Shown one piece after another: positions 1-11,640 of a DNA stretch of 47,384 nucleotides. The notes beneath the pieces were generated by a model that saw only the letters and a list, made by a program, of their open reading frames with translations, did no database searches and was not told where the DNA came from. Both the position numbers and the translations under genes were made by a program. The stretch is from Perkinsus chesapeaki ATCC PRA-425 (taxonomy: Eukaryota > Protista > Perkinsozoa), in contig JAAPAO010000247.1 of assembly GCA_013115145.1 (NCBI GenBank), forward strand, positions 1 through 47,384, in the 5' to 3' direction. Numbering within the stretch: the first letter of the stretch is position 1; each line of letters starts with the position of its first letter.

Positions 1-132
1 CCTTTCTATTATATCTCCTTCTCCTCCGTATCACTAGTAACATATTTCCTATTAAACTCCTTTCTATTATATCTCCTTCTCCTCCGTATCACTAGTAACA
101 TATTTCCTATTAAACTCCTTTCTATTATATCA
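1..132. repeat. 58-bp tandem repeat (about 2.3 copies visible, truncated by the window start), intronic
   Basis: Unit CCTTTCTATTATATCTCCTTCTCCTCCGTATCACTAGTAACATATTTCCTATTAAACT at 1-58 and 59-116, partial at 117-132. It ends about 20 bp before the CAG acceptor at 151-153. Confidence 0.95.
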
Positions 133-153
133 CCCCATTCTATCCTCGTTCAG

Positions 154-1219
154 GTGTTCTTGCCATCTGCCCTGCTGGTTGTGGCTTTGGTAAGCTTCAG
201 GAGTGGTTCCTTCCTATCATCAAGCGAGTGAAGTCGCCCATCTCCGACATCCTCGGTACGTTGGCCGAGATCATCAGCTACGAGCTATTCTTCGACCCCG
301 AGAAGTATCCTAAGATCCACGAGAACACTATGATTGATTGGATGTACAATCCTGCCTTTTTCCGAGCCTATACGAATACCTTGAGAGACTTCCCTCTGGA
401 GGACGGATTGAAGCGATATCTCCCCGAGGTAGGAAGGGGGGCAGGTCATCGAGTGGCGGAGTATGGCACAGAGTAACGCCGGTGTAGTTCTCTTGTTGCT
501 AATATTATAATGTAATATACTATCAACACGTGGGATAGGTTTAACTTCCTAGTGTAAAAATGTAAGACATATTACGTATGACTACGGTGATCCAGAATGT
601 AGCAATGCAGATGTTATGTTATTAATAATGTATATAATATGAAGATGATCTTATAAAATCATTAGATATTATTATGTATTATTGTCGGTCTGGATGTATA
701 GTAATGTTAAGGGAGCCTTTAAACTGTTATAACAAAACTGAGAGGTTCTGGTGGCGATCCACTTAGTTCGTATAGTTCTTGATGCAGCTATCAGTCGTAT
801 TGGGCTGACGCAACCGTTTAAATGACCATTGCTAACAACTATTATATGTTCAGCGTGATACTTGAGCTTTCTCCCACCAAAGCGTTTGCCTGGCCTCTTC
901 GCAGTTTCCGCGCCACTTTTAGCAGGCAGAGAATTATCCCTCCGACCAGCAAAAAAATTCTATTGCTAGTGTCGGTTTATCCTGGATGCTGATTTTTCAG
1001 GTGAAGTGCCCGGTCCGTATTCTCCTGGGTGGCAGTGATGATACAGTTAACACGCCAAAGGTGGCTGAGTATCTTGACACGCTGAAGGGCTCGATAGATA
1101 TGACTTATAGGATCATACCTAATCAACCACATGATGTCTGTTTAACAGTGCCAAACGAGGTTACTGATGAGATGTTGAAGTTGATACAGAATAGTCCGAA
1201 GATCGAGAAGGCAAATTGA
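154..1219 (+). CDS. Alpha/beta-hydrolase fold protein, 3' part (exons 154-428 and 1001-1219; 5' exons lie outside the window)
   Basis: Spliced translation VLAICPAG...LKRYLPE|VKCPVRILLGGSDDTV...IPNQPHDV. It has the post-nucleophile strand motif and the C-terminal acid (GxxD) and His motifs of the fold. The GT donor at 429 and AG acceptor at 1000 join in frame. Confidence 0.75.
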
Positions 1220-1766
1220 AGCGTTGTATTTGTTCCCTGTTCAGTAGAGTTTCTTCAGTCGCTTGTGTCGCGTTTGAGAGGAGATCTTGCAATCTTGCCT
1301 TCACTTGCAATTTCTTAACGCTGTGTTAATTTCGGATGTCTCGACGGTTTGGGTGAATTAAAGTGCCACTGCGGAAGAGATATATGTTCTGATCGAACTG
1401 CATAGTGCTTAGTTTGAAGAACACATCGCTTCGTTGCTCTCTGGCATTTTGCCAGATTCCTGGCTCTAGTTAAATATTGCTAAGTTACAGTACTGGTGTG
1501 AGAAGGCTTATGTGCTAGTTGGGAGGGGTAAGGCGGTATTAATGTTGGAGTTAGTATTGAGTATAGACCAGAAGCTAGAGGTGTCTCGATGAATCCCTGA
1601 CCGAGGCGGCGAAGGTTCATAAGAGTGGTGGAATGGTTATGACCTTACACAGTGGTGGAATCAATGGAATGTTTATATGCTCTCTATGGTTTTAGTTCAT
1701 TTCTACTATAATATGTTAACACGCTGCACACCGAAGCTTCAAACGATCGCTGCTGGCTTTCACAAG

Positions 1767-3995
1767 ATGAAGTTCAGAACATTCCCGCCGGCCAGGGTCG
1801 CCATTACCGGAGCGAGAGGCTCTGTTGGCACTAATTTGGCATTCAGGGTTGCCATGGGCGACATGCTTGGTATCTTTGGAAATCTTTATAGTGCGTAAAG
1901 ATATCCTTCAGGTGTTAATCAGCCAGTTATTCTCCATCTTTACTCTCGCGATCGGGAAGCTCTGCGTGGTTTGGTCCTCGAATTGGAGGACACTTGCGCC
2001 CCGCTCCTGGCCAAGGTGGTTGCTACCGATAATTATGAAGAAGCCTTCGGCGATGCCGACTATGCATGCCTTGTTGGCTCTCCACCTCGCCAAGCTGGTG
2101 AGTGGGAATGGCGGTTTATCTTTGTCTTATTGTGTTATACTTTGAGATAGATGGACATTTATATAGAGTTCGGCCTTGTTAAAGTTGGTTTCAGTAGTGT
2201 AAATAATATAACGAATTTGATTACCATTAATAATTTTTGTAGTACTATTCACTTCAGCATTATATCTATAATACTATGTTATTGCATCTCATCTTGTTGT
2301 ATAGTATCTTTCTCGAAATAGGAAGTATTAATTACAGTTCTAATTGCCCTCAGGTATGGAAAGGTCCGACCTGCTGCAGATTTCGGGAGCGCTCTTTAAG
2401 CAAGAGGGGACGATACTAGGCGAGGTTGCCAGTAAGGACTGCAAAGTTGTGGTGGTTGGCAACCCAGCGAATACCAACGCTCTCATCGCCGCCTCCAATT
2501 CTAAGTAGGATCGGGTCATGAGACTTGGGCGAAATTCGCCCGGCGAATTTCCGGCTCTTCGGTATTCTCATCGAAGGGCATCCGGCAAAATATATTTTCG
2601 AATGAAACGTGATTTGATAAATTATTAGATTTTCGGTGGAAATAGATTCCCTTCAGGAACGTCCCGGCCGAGAACTTCACCGCGATGACTCGTCTCGACC
2701 ACAATAGGGGTCTCCTTCAGCTCGCCCACTGCATCAACGCTCATCATGAAGGGCTTAATATCCACCCCACCCATATTGACAACTTTGTCATTTGGGGTAA
2801 CCATTCTCCGAATATGTATCCCGATGTTAATCATGCTACAGTGAGAGGCAGGAAGGTAAGGGAGGGAGGGAGAGTGTTGATGGTTAAATTCGCATTATTA
2901 CTATTTCAGTAAAAGCTGTTGTAGCACTGTGGTTCTAATAACAGTTTTTACGGGATCCTTTGCTGCATGCTTAATCCTTGCTAAATACTATTTCAGTAGA
3001 ACAGCTAGTGATACTTTCATTTCTATAAGTACTTTATTTCACAGTAATATTGTATTCATGTAATACTTTATTACGATAACAACTCTTACGAAAGGCTCGA
3101 ATGCAGGTTTACTATCGTCTCACGGACACCTCCTCCTCGTGTGTCAGATAAAGGATCTGGTCCCTCATCCAGATTGGGTGACTAACGAGTTCATGACCAG
3201 AGTTCAGCAAAGAGGAAAGGAGATCATCGAAGCGGCTGGTAGGTTGAGGTGCTTGCATGTCACCAGTTGTCTTTTAGGCAAATCCTCTGCTCCCTCGGCA
3301 GCTATGTCGTGCGTGGATCAGATGCGTGATTGGGCTCTGGGATCCGATAACAAATGGGTATCTATGGCAGTCATTGGGAAGAATAAGGAGAGTTATGGCA
3401 TTGACTCGTAAGCCAATATTGAACCAACTTTAATAAGCTTCGCTATCTCTCTTTAATTCTACCAAACCCTTNNNNNNNNNNNNNNNNNNNNNNNNNNNNN
3501 NNNNNNNNNNNNNNNNNNNNNNNNNNNNNNNNNNNNNNNNNNNNNNNNNNNNNNNNNNNNNNNNNNNNNATTCCTATTCCCTTTAATTCTACCAAACCCT
3601 TTCCTATTCCCTTTAATTCTACCAAACCCTTTCCTATTCCCTTTAATTCTACCAAACCCTTTCCTATTCCCTTTAATTCTACCAAACCCTTTCCTATTCC
3701 CTTTAATTCTACCAAAGCCTTTCCTATTTCCCTTTCGTTAACGCCTTGCCTATTTATCGACGCTTCCTATCAGGTATGGCGTCGACACCGATTTATGTTT
3801 CTCTTTCCCTGTCATTACTGATGGCGACAGCTGGAAAAAGGTCGGAGGCCTGGAAATGACCGAGTAACCTGGAAGTCATCAATCTGACCTATTTTGTATC
3901 TTTCCTTGTGTAGGTTTGGATACTCCATGCTTCAACGTAACGTACAAGAACTCAAGGCCGAGCGTGACATGGTCCGCAATTTAATGGGCTGGTAA
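1767..3995 (+). CDS. MDH: Malate dehydrogenase, cytosolic/chloroplast-type MDH family. Exons approx. 1767-1869, 1912-2097, 2354-2504, 2657-2855, 3148-3238, 3278-3407, 3774-3863, 3914-3995; an upstream ATG at 1677 is possible.
   Basis: Spliced motifs [79 protein letters not shown]. The malate-binding Arg residues and catalytic His/Asp are present, and all introns are in-frame GT-AG. Confidence 0.95.
2527..2548. mobile_element. Putative hAT-type excision scar (22-bp X/X'/X) in MDH intron 2505-2656
   Basis: GGGCGAA-ATTCGCCC-GGCGAAT = 8-mer GGGCGAAT bases 1-7 + its reverse complement + bases 2-8. The pattern is directly seen; the origin is inferred. Confidence 0.7.
3451..3730. repeat. 30-bp minisatellite in MDH intron 3408-3773, interrupted by an N gap
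   Basis: Unit TTCCTATTCCCTTTAATTCTACCAAACCCT, five copies at 3571-3720 plus partial copies on both sides of the gap. Confidence 0.95.
3472..3569. other. Assembly gap (run of N) inside the 30-bp array
   Basis: Ns at 3472-3569; the true copy number is unknown. Confidence 0.99.
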
Positions 3996-4422
3996 TAATT
4001 GAAGTACTAGTAGTAAAATAATAGCACTCATTTACTCCTCGACGGCCCTCGACGGGGTTTGGTCTTGTTGAGAGTTCAATCCTATGCTATGATGAAGATA
4101 TTATTTACTGCTGCTCTATTGTGTGAACATTATTACTGTAATAGATAACGTATTTGCTACTTGTTAACAACCCGTGTGGTGAAAGTATTATTGTTATCGT
4201 TTTAAAGTGAAGTCAATTGAAGGGGCACGTGTGTTGACGAGGGGGCAGAATTCCAAGAAAATCGGTCGATTTCTGCATCAGTGCATTACAGCGCTTTGGC
4301 AATCGGAGATATTCCGCCATTGTTGGGCTTACGTGAAAGCTGGCTTGTGCAGTGAGAAGCATGGCAGAAAATGTGCGGGAAAAATGAGAAATTTTGTACG
4401 AGGTGGATTTTTCCCTTCACAC

Positions 4423-5150
4423 ATGCCGCCAAAGGTCCGGCGGGCGCTTGGTCGGGTCATCGGTGTGGTGCATGGGGACCGGAGAACCTCGGAAGCTGCG
4501 CTGGAAGTGTTGAAGGTCTTTCGGCCACAAGTAGTGTATTTGGAGGCGGACGCGAAGTCATTTAGATTGAGCGCTGAGGGTAGAGAAGGGGGGATGGGTG
4601 AATGGAGAGATGTTGTTGGGCAGATTATGGGGAATGGAAATCAAAGGGAGAAGTACCAACGTTTTTGGAAGCGAGCGACCGGCTGGAGGCAATTGGATTT
4701 CAGTTGAGAGACTCTCTGCCGAGTAAGGTGACTAGTGCATAGTAGGAACGGTGCGGTTGCCCAGGAATATGGAATGCGCCCGGTGTATTTGACCGTTTCT
4801 CTTCAAGTGGCGAAATATTTTCCGTCAAACTGTCTATTCCAACTTAGCACTAGGATTGCCTTCCGTATCATTTGAGCATATTTTTCTGGGGCTTGTTGCG
4901 TGCCGGTATAGTTGGATGGTTTTTACGTAGATGTTCGACTATTACCAGTCGATCGACTGCGGGTTGCCACAGAGCGGCGAATGCAATGGAGGCATCTGGT
5001 GTTTCCGTGGCAGCTGATTCAAGTTGGAGGTTTCTCGGGGAAGCGTAATCCGGCTCAAATGGAGAAGAAGTGTCCCTCTGCGTGGCTTACACTGTAATAT
5101 CATGGAGGGCGTTTGGGAGCGGTCGTGGACTCCCCACATTTGCCTTGGTG
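4423..5150 (+). CDS. Hypothetical multi-exon protein, possibly TraB/PrgY/GumN-like
   Basis: VIGVVHGDRRTSEAALEVLKVFRPQVVYLE resembles the TraB N-terminal motif (G.aH...S...v..vi....PdvV.vE), and a downstream GAVVDSPHL resembles VVG.GH. The exon structure after about 4590 and the end coordinate are uncertain. Confidence 0.35.
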
Positions 5151-5353
5151 TGTTAGGAAATATCAGTGGCATTGGAATGTCTGTTAGTTTTTGTTGCGGC
5201 TATAAGATTTTCTCCAGGCGGTTAACTCTGGAATCACGTCCAAAGGATACGGAAGATGATGGGCATGTAATTATTTATTTATCTATATCATTTTCCATTA
5301 CTAATAATATGCGCAAAAAAGTAATTTTAGGAGATATCTTTTCTTTCTGATCT

Positions 5354-6792
5354 ATGTGTTCCATCACTGGACTTGGTACGAGGTAGATGAGATGAAGATC
5401 TAATTGATTTAGGTACACTGAGCGGGAGCGTATCTTTGCTCAACGCGCGCACTTGGACTCGATCCGCTCTCGCTGGATGTCCGCTCGTAATGTGGTGGGC
5501 GATGACTTGGAGGTCCTTCGGGGGAAAGAGAAATCAACTGGAGAGAAAATCGACGAGTTGCCGCCGGAGCCGGAGGGGCCGCATATTCCGCTGTTTCCGG
5601 GACAAATGGATCCGCTGGCACAAGCGAAGAAAATGAGAGAAGAAGCGGAAGCTCGGCGGAAGAATCTGATGGAAAAACCGGAAGAGGACCGGCGGGAAGT
5701 TCTGGATTGTGATGTGGGAGGTCCGTGTGGGGTGGAGGATCTTTTGGAAGACCTGCAGAAGTTGCCGGACCCGCCGCTGAGCGACTCGCTGAGAATTGGC
5801 CTTGTTTGCGGGGAGGTGAGCCGGAGGAATGGGTAATATAGTAAACAGGAGCAGTTACGGTGTGTGGGTTCGGGAGAGCCGCTCGGGCTGAGTGGCAAGA
5901 ATAGAATAGGCTTATCTGGAGGTCCGCAGTGTTCGCTGGCAGACTTCCGTGGTCATCGATCGAAGTTGGGTTTCATTGACGTATGTTAGGCACACACTGA
6001 GCGAGTTAAAGGGCTGCTGGCGAGGCAAATGAGGACTAGTTTTAAGGGGCAGATGAAACAGTATGAGTACGATTTAAGGAGGCCACCGAGGGTTGATTGG
6101 GTTTATGTAATAAACGGCGAATTTGATGACTCTAATGCTGTTATATATAAGTTCCTAGGGGCAGAGCCTAGCCTGCCGCAGAGGCCTTCTAGGGACTTGA
6201 GGTGTTTTTACCGAGATCGGAAGCACGTCGACGCATCGGGACCACTTATTTGATACTTGAGGAACATGTCTACGTTGGCGGAGAAATGAGAAATCCTCCT
6301 CCGTATGAGGATTATAACGATACGAAATTTCACTTTTGTAGAGCAGCTAGAGCTCGTTTGACAGCAGTCCTCCCCGATGTTGCTTTTCAGTCCTATTACA
6401 TACTCCTTCCCTTGCTGGTTTGGATACCTCCATATTTGCTAGTGAAGTTCTTCCCGAGGAAGGAGACCCACGAGGAGAAGGCGTTAAAGGCGCCGGCGGT
6501 CTGGCAAGCTAAGGACTCTCCACCGCCAGAAGTACCCACCGAACCTTCGCCTGCCGAGGCGGAGCAAGCTCGATTGCTGGTGTGGAAAGTTGGACAACTG
6601 CAAGGAGTGGAAGACTATAAAGCGAGCGATGTACCTGAAAATGGGAACGAAACTGTGGAAATTCGACAAGTTGCCGAGGTGTTGCCACCCGCCGTGCCGG
6701 CTCGGCCGAGGGGACAGGGAGGGGTTTGGAAGAGCCGGCAGGTTATTGATGATGATGACGACGATGATGATGATGGGCGGTCCACGCGGTAG
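5354..6792 (+). CDS. Hypothetical multi-exon protein with one hydrophobic segment and an acidic C-terminal tail
   Basis: An in-frame splice MCSITGLGTR|YTERERIF joins ORF 5453-5836. Further coding-like ORFs lie at 6029-6253 and 6202-6792 (YILLPLLVWIPPYLLVKFF; poly-Asp tail). No family recognised. Confidence 0.55.
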
Positions 6793-7279
6793 AAGAAGGT
6801 TTCTGAAAGGGTCATGTTTTGTTGGGGTGGTAGAGTGATCTTGAGCAGTTTGAAGTTTTCGGTGATGCTGTTGAAGTCACCAACAGAAAGGAATGGGTAT
6901 GGCGGGAGAGGAGAGGTATTAAGGGCCTCCTTCTGTGGGGTTTCCTGTGGCCTCGGTGAAAGTGTTGAGCGAGTGCTAGAATATCTAGTTTGAAAGCGTA
7001 ACTTGGCAAGCCGTTGGGGTTGGCAGCCCTCTGCCTGACAAAATCACTAGGAGCAACACAATCGAATAGATCACAACAAAGTACTTGAATCATACTACTG
7101 GATGATATCTGATAGTTCGTTGGGTGCTCTGTAGAGGTGATTTATGTCGGTTCTTCGACAGGATGTTTCCGTCACATTGCTGTCGTCGAGGTGCTCAGAA
7201 TCTAGATATCTTATGAAAATGGCACCTTTCTAGGCTAAACGCGCTGCATTGTGGCTTAGTCGAAAGCTGACGGTTTCAG

Positions 7280-9073
7280 GTGGACAGCAGCTCTGATGAC
7301 AGTGACCTGGTGGCTGATACGGCAGATGTGGCACGGAAACTGGCAATGAGTCGGACACCAGTAGCCGCAAGTAAGTGGCTTTCGCAGGCTGTTGGTGTCG
7401 ATGCGGTATTAAATCACATACAGTGGAGTATGAGGAGGAGTCTTCGAGTTAACGTTGGAAGATTCTCAGTTGTCCGTCCTTCAGGCAGAGTGCCTCTTCC
7501 GAAGGCTCCTAGGTCTCCTGGTGGACCACTCGAGAGCACCGCAGTTGATGAGCAGATTGACAGGCCAGTGCTGCTTTCGACATGCGTTCCGCCTCCTCCG
7601 AAGCCCAGTGCGCCGAGGTCTGCACCACCAGCGAGACCACCGCGACATCGCACGACAGGCTCACCGATGAGCGTTGTGAGGCCGGCGAGGATGCCCTCGG
7701 AGACGACAGTGGCGATGGATGTAGTGCTGGATGGGGAAGGGAGGGACTTGGAGCGGAATCTTCCACAATATGTGGAGTTGCTAAAGTCTCATGGGGTGAC
7801 GGACGGCCCTGTAAAGCCAGTAAACCAGGCACCGCGTGTGTCACCAGAGCCGGAAAGCCTCGGAGTTAAACCGTCGGTAAGAATGGCGGAGGGAGATAAA
7901 CAAGAGTACGATAGGGATAGGAAGGCGGTGTATGGTCGGCTGCCGAGGAGGCCACCGGTGCAGTACGCTGGGCCGTCTATGGGGCGTGAGATTGCGCCGC
8001 TGGCGGAGCCTCGACCGAGTTTTAAAAGTGGTGCTGGTCTTCCGAGGGCTTATAATGCGTCACCGCTGTATTATGAGAGGGTGAGGCAGGAAAGGGAAGG
8101 GGAAGCTAGAGGTGTCAGAAAGGAGGAGCGATCATCACCTCGGACTAGTCAGCTACCAGCGCCGCCGCCGCCACCGTCCTCTGTTGCTCGGCGAGTGGAG
8201 GCGGAGCCGACAAGCTCGCCAGTTGCCGAATATGAGTATGTTCCTTACGTGAAGACCAACGAGATATCCGGTTTTAACTCGGCGGAACTGAGCCCGGAGC
8301 CGAGTCGGTCGTGGACGGTACAGCCACCCCGGGGGGCAGGTGGCCCGTGGACCGTTCAGCCGGGGCGGGAAAAGGATGGTCGTGGGGGAATTAGTTGGGA
8401 TCGAGCGGCAGAGGAACTTGAGGACCTGCCGCGAGACAGCTCTTGCAGGTCTTCTCATGAACACGCGGGGTACGACGACCGTCTTAGCGAGGTTGGCAGG
8501 GATGAGGAAAGATACTCGGATGCGCACGCGGAAGATTTTGAGGGCGGTAAAGAAAGGTCGTATAGTGGAGGGTACTCGAGGAGAAGCGATGAAGATTCGC
8601 CAAGATATGGGCATACATCTGATGAGGAGTCGGAGACCGACGGTTACTCGGGTGACAGTTACAGCAGCGGTGGCGGCTATCATCGCGGGAAGGGTGGCGG
8701 CTCGTCAGGGAGGAGGAGGGCAGCAAGCGACAGTAGGTCATCGGAAGATGGAGAGTGGAGCTCTTCGGAGAACGGTTATTCGGAGGACGAGGGCGAGTCG
8801 TCGGTTAGCTCAGGAAAGAGGCGCTATAGTGAAGCGGTGTCGTACAGAGAAGATTTGGCGGAAATACGGTATGAAAGCTCACCTAGACCTTCGTGGGAGA
8901 GTGTCCCGAAGATCGATCCTATTTTCATTAAAGGGACCAAAGGGGGTGGCGGACGTCGACCGGTGGGAGCGGATAAGATAAGAACCGGACAGGCCGATGC
9001 TGTCTTGCCCAGCTTCAACAGAAGTAAGGAGGAAAGTTGGAATAGAGCGGTGATGAAAATCGGCAGATTTTGA
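7280..9073 (+). CDS. Low-complexity Pro/Ser/Arg/Glu-rich protein, one long exon (small 5' exon(s) probably upstream)
   Basis: 597-codon open frame beginning right after a TTTCAG acceptor (7279). The composition suggests intrinsic disorder; no domain recognised. Confidence 0.75.
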   Translation: MDSSSDDSDLVADTADVARKLAMSRTPVAASKWLSQAVGVDAVLNHIQWSMRRSLRVNVGRFSVVRPSGRVPLPKAPRSPGGPLESTAVDEQIDRPVLLSTCVPPPPKPSAPRSAPPARPPRHRTTGSPMSVVRPARMPSETTVAMDVVLDGEGRDLERNLPQYVELLKSHGVTDGPVKPVNQAPRVSPEPESLGVKPSVRMAEGDKQEYDRDRKAVYGRLPRRPPVQYAGPSMGREIAPLAEPRPSFKSGAGLPRAYNASPLYYERVRQEREGEARGVRKEERSSPRTSQLPAPPPPPSSVARRVEAEPTSSPVAEYEYVPYVKTNEISGFNSAELSPEPSRSWTVQPPRGAGGPWTVQPGREKDGRGGISWDRAAEELEDLPRDSSCRSSHEHAGYDDRLSEVGRDEERYSDAHAEDFEGGKERSYSGGYSRRSDEDSPRYGHTSDEESETDGYSGDSYSSGGGYHRGKGGGSSGRRRAASDSRSSEDGEWSSSENGYSEDEGESSVSSGKRRYSEAVSYREDLAEIRYESSPRPSWESVPKIDPIFIKGTKGGGGRRPVGADKIRTGQADAVLPSFNRSKEESWNRAVMKIGRF

Positions 9074-9272
9074 TTGAACTAGTTCAGACTTCGAAAACTA
9101 CCTGGGCAGTTTGGTTTGAAGCAATGATGGTAATTCTGTTATGTTTTTGGGAGGCTTCATGTCGTGGACCGCGCTAGGAAAACTGATCCACCGGGGCCAC
9201 GTGTTCCAGCTGCTGGTTCCTGTTTCAAGGCGTATTGGCTGCGTTGTAGATACTGTGAAGCCGAGCGAGATA

Positions 9273-11030
9273 ATGGGGGTGTTCAAGTCTAAGCCGACAG
9301 TGGAGGTGACATCAACGACATCTGTGGCACTGGAGGAGCCTCCACCAGCCACGCCTGCCAAGAGTGCGATGGATAACACTGGGGAGGCTAAGGTGGCGTG
9401 GATGACGGGGGTGCTGTGGTGGATTGCTAAGTTGGATGGAGTGTGGTATATACGAGGAAATGCTGGCAGCTCGGTAAAGCATTACTTAAAGCCGGTGGGT
9501 CGGAGGAAGGGGGAGGGGGGATTTGACGGAAGTTTGGTAGATTTCTGTAACTCCAACGTTGGAGTTATAATTCACGTCATAGAAAATACTATTTCCTATG
9601 ACGATTGATCGGGAAAGTCTCGGGCAAGTTGAGAGAGGGTGATTGATATCGATACAGGGGTAACTAGATGTGAGATTGTTAACATTGTCTTACCTATCTT
9701 ATCAGAGCTTGAGGTAAAGGTCCCATACGGTATGTCCCCTCATTTAGATTGATGTGTCGACGGCGGAGAAAGGAAGGTTCATGGAGCTCCAACCGGATGG
9801 TGTATCGAGGCCAGCCGGTTATTTAATACTTAAACCGTAAGGCGTTGTTCTATCGGTTGGGTGTGATGGTACTCAGAGCCATATTGGCTATAAGGTTGGT
9901 TAAGTACAGTTCGACTACTAGTGCTCCGCGCTAGTATTGATTCCCTGTCACATGAGCGCGTCGATGTTGACCTACTTTGGATCTTTACCGTTGGTTGAAA
10001 GATATCTTTTTAGGCCTGAGCAACGGCACTTGAATAATTATTTTTACACCGATTTAATTGAATTAGAAGATCTACGGCCTGCCTTGGACAAAGGCGCCTC
10101 ATGGCAGTTGACTGAGGGTAAGACAAGGTCAGCGCCTTATGACAGTGCGACTAGAAAGAGCACTGTGTTATTGGCGTACAGCTTGACAGCATTGTGTGCT
10201 ACTGTCCCCAATTAACTGCATATAATTCGAGACATAATTCATAGAGCGTTATTATTCCATCTCCGACACCAAAACATGTCATCCTGATGGTTAGTGTCTC
10301 AGGTTGCTTCAATTCCGATTTTCGAACCCTTACCTTTGTACGTTCGTCGGTGGAAAGCGAGGTAAGCAAAGAGGGAATCCTAGCTTGATGCGAGGTCTCA
10401 ACGCCAACCTGTGGGGGTTCAGGGCGGCGATACGCACTGGTTGGTATTCGACAGAAGCCCAAGGGTGAAAGGTGGCACGCCAGAAAGTCAACTAAGTCGC
10501 AAAAGCAGCGAGCCTGTGGACACTCCGGAGAAGTCGAGACCGATGATGACGCATCATGTGGATGAGCGATGGAAGGCATGGAGCGGGCAGGGGTGGGACT
10601 GGGAGAATGGAGGGAAGTCTCGGCGGTGGAAGGATGGTGGAACACAGCAGCAGCAGCACTGGGAGCGCTGCGAGTGGGACGCATGCGAGAAGGGGTGGGG
10701 AGGTGGAAAGAAGGCCGCTGCTGTCTTTGATTGGAACAGTATCGAGTATCACCCGGATTGGCGGAGGTTCACTGGTGAATGGTACGGCTTCAAGCAATAT
10801 GGAAACGGTAAGAATTGGCTCGTATTCCCGCCTGTGGAGTTATGTTGTTGTGTAGCATCTGTATTGAGATTCATTCTGTTGTAGGTAAACGTCCAACTTT
10901 CAAGTCGCGAGAGCTGCCGGGGCCACACAAGGTGAGCGGGTTCGATTCTCACTTCGAGCATATTGTCGAAACTCTGAGAAGTGAAGTCCGTTTTTACTAG
11001 GTTTCCTAAGTTGGACTCATAGTGAATAGT
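9273..11030 (+). CDS. Hypothetical multi-exon gene(s) including a Trp/Gly-rich segment; boundaries uncertain
   Basis: Coding-like ORF pieces at 9273-9460 (MGVFKSKP...), 9937-10110 and 10411-10805, with plausible GT/AG sites. No consistent splice path was established. Confidence 0.35.
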
Positions 11031-11640
11031 ACTGTGAACTATTGATATTCTTAACATTGAATTCGATGTCACGATGGAGCTTTCCAAATTCCGAGAAAGA
11101 TTCATCGTTGTATGCATGCATGTAGCAGTGGAAGACTCTCCAAACTGGAGACTCCAAAAAGTGGAAGCCGTCTGTTATTGGTTTACTTAGTATTGAGCGC
11201 AGAATGAATAGTATTGTGAGCTATTAAGGAAGCTTCATTACGTTGAATGTAATGTGGCAGTTGCCCTTGTGGGAGACCTCTTGCGTATCTTTGTTGTGTG
11301 CGTGCATCTCGAGGCACATCAAAAAGTCATGAAATAGAATTCAAGCCTGTCATGAAACGGTTGATCGATTTATCCAGTAGTTATCGTTGTAGTGACCTGC
11401 TTTGAAGAATCATTTTAAGCCTTTACGCAGAAAAGAATTGAAAAATTGCCAATTTGACCAGTTTGGGACGTTTTGGGTCTTTCAAGGTTGAATGGTGGTG
11501 TGGTTATAAGGTAGTGCTGCCTATGTGAGTTGTACTGTACCTATTGCATCCTTGCTAATAATGCTCATTACTTCTCATGCTGTTATTAGAGTCAAATGAA
11601 GTCGAACGATTGATGATTGTTATAAAACAGGTTGTTATGT

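Noticed and set aside
3443-3715. Minus-strand ORF ([10 protein letters not shown])n
   Set aside because: It is the translation of the 30-bp intronic minisatellite across an N gap.
3393-3790. YGIDS/YGVDT peptide duplication across the MDH intron 3408-3773
   Set aside because: Suggestive of intron origin by local duplication, but it is too short and no alternative in-frame splice supports it.
4037-4055. CCTCGACGG-C-CCTCGACGG direct repeat as a 9-bp TSD footprint
   Set aside because: A single instance with no inverted component; a simple slippage duplication explains it.
7414-9018. Multiple overlapping antisense and alternate-frame ORFs over the long low-complexity gene (similar shadows over other genes)
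   Set aside because: These are shadow ORFs of GC-rich coding sequence with no independent motifs.
9887-9904. AGCCATATTGGCTATAAG followed by GT, resembling a relic spliced leader or SL RNA
   Set aside because: It has mismatches and an indel, lacks the 5' ACCGT, and shows no recognisable SL RNA structure downstream.
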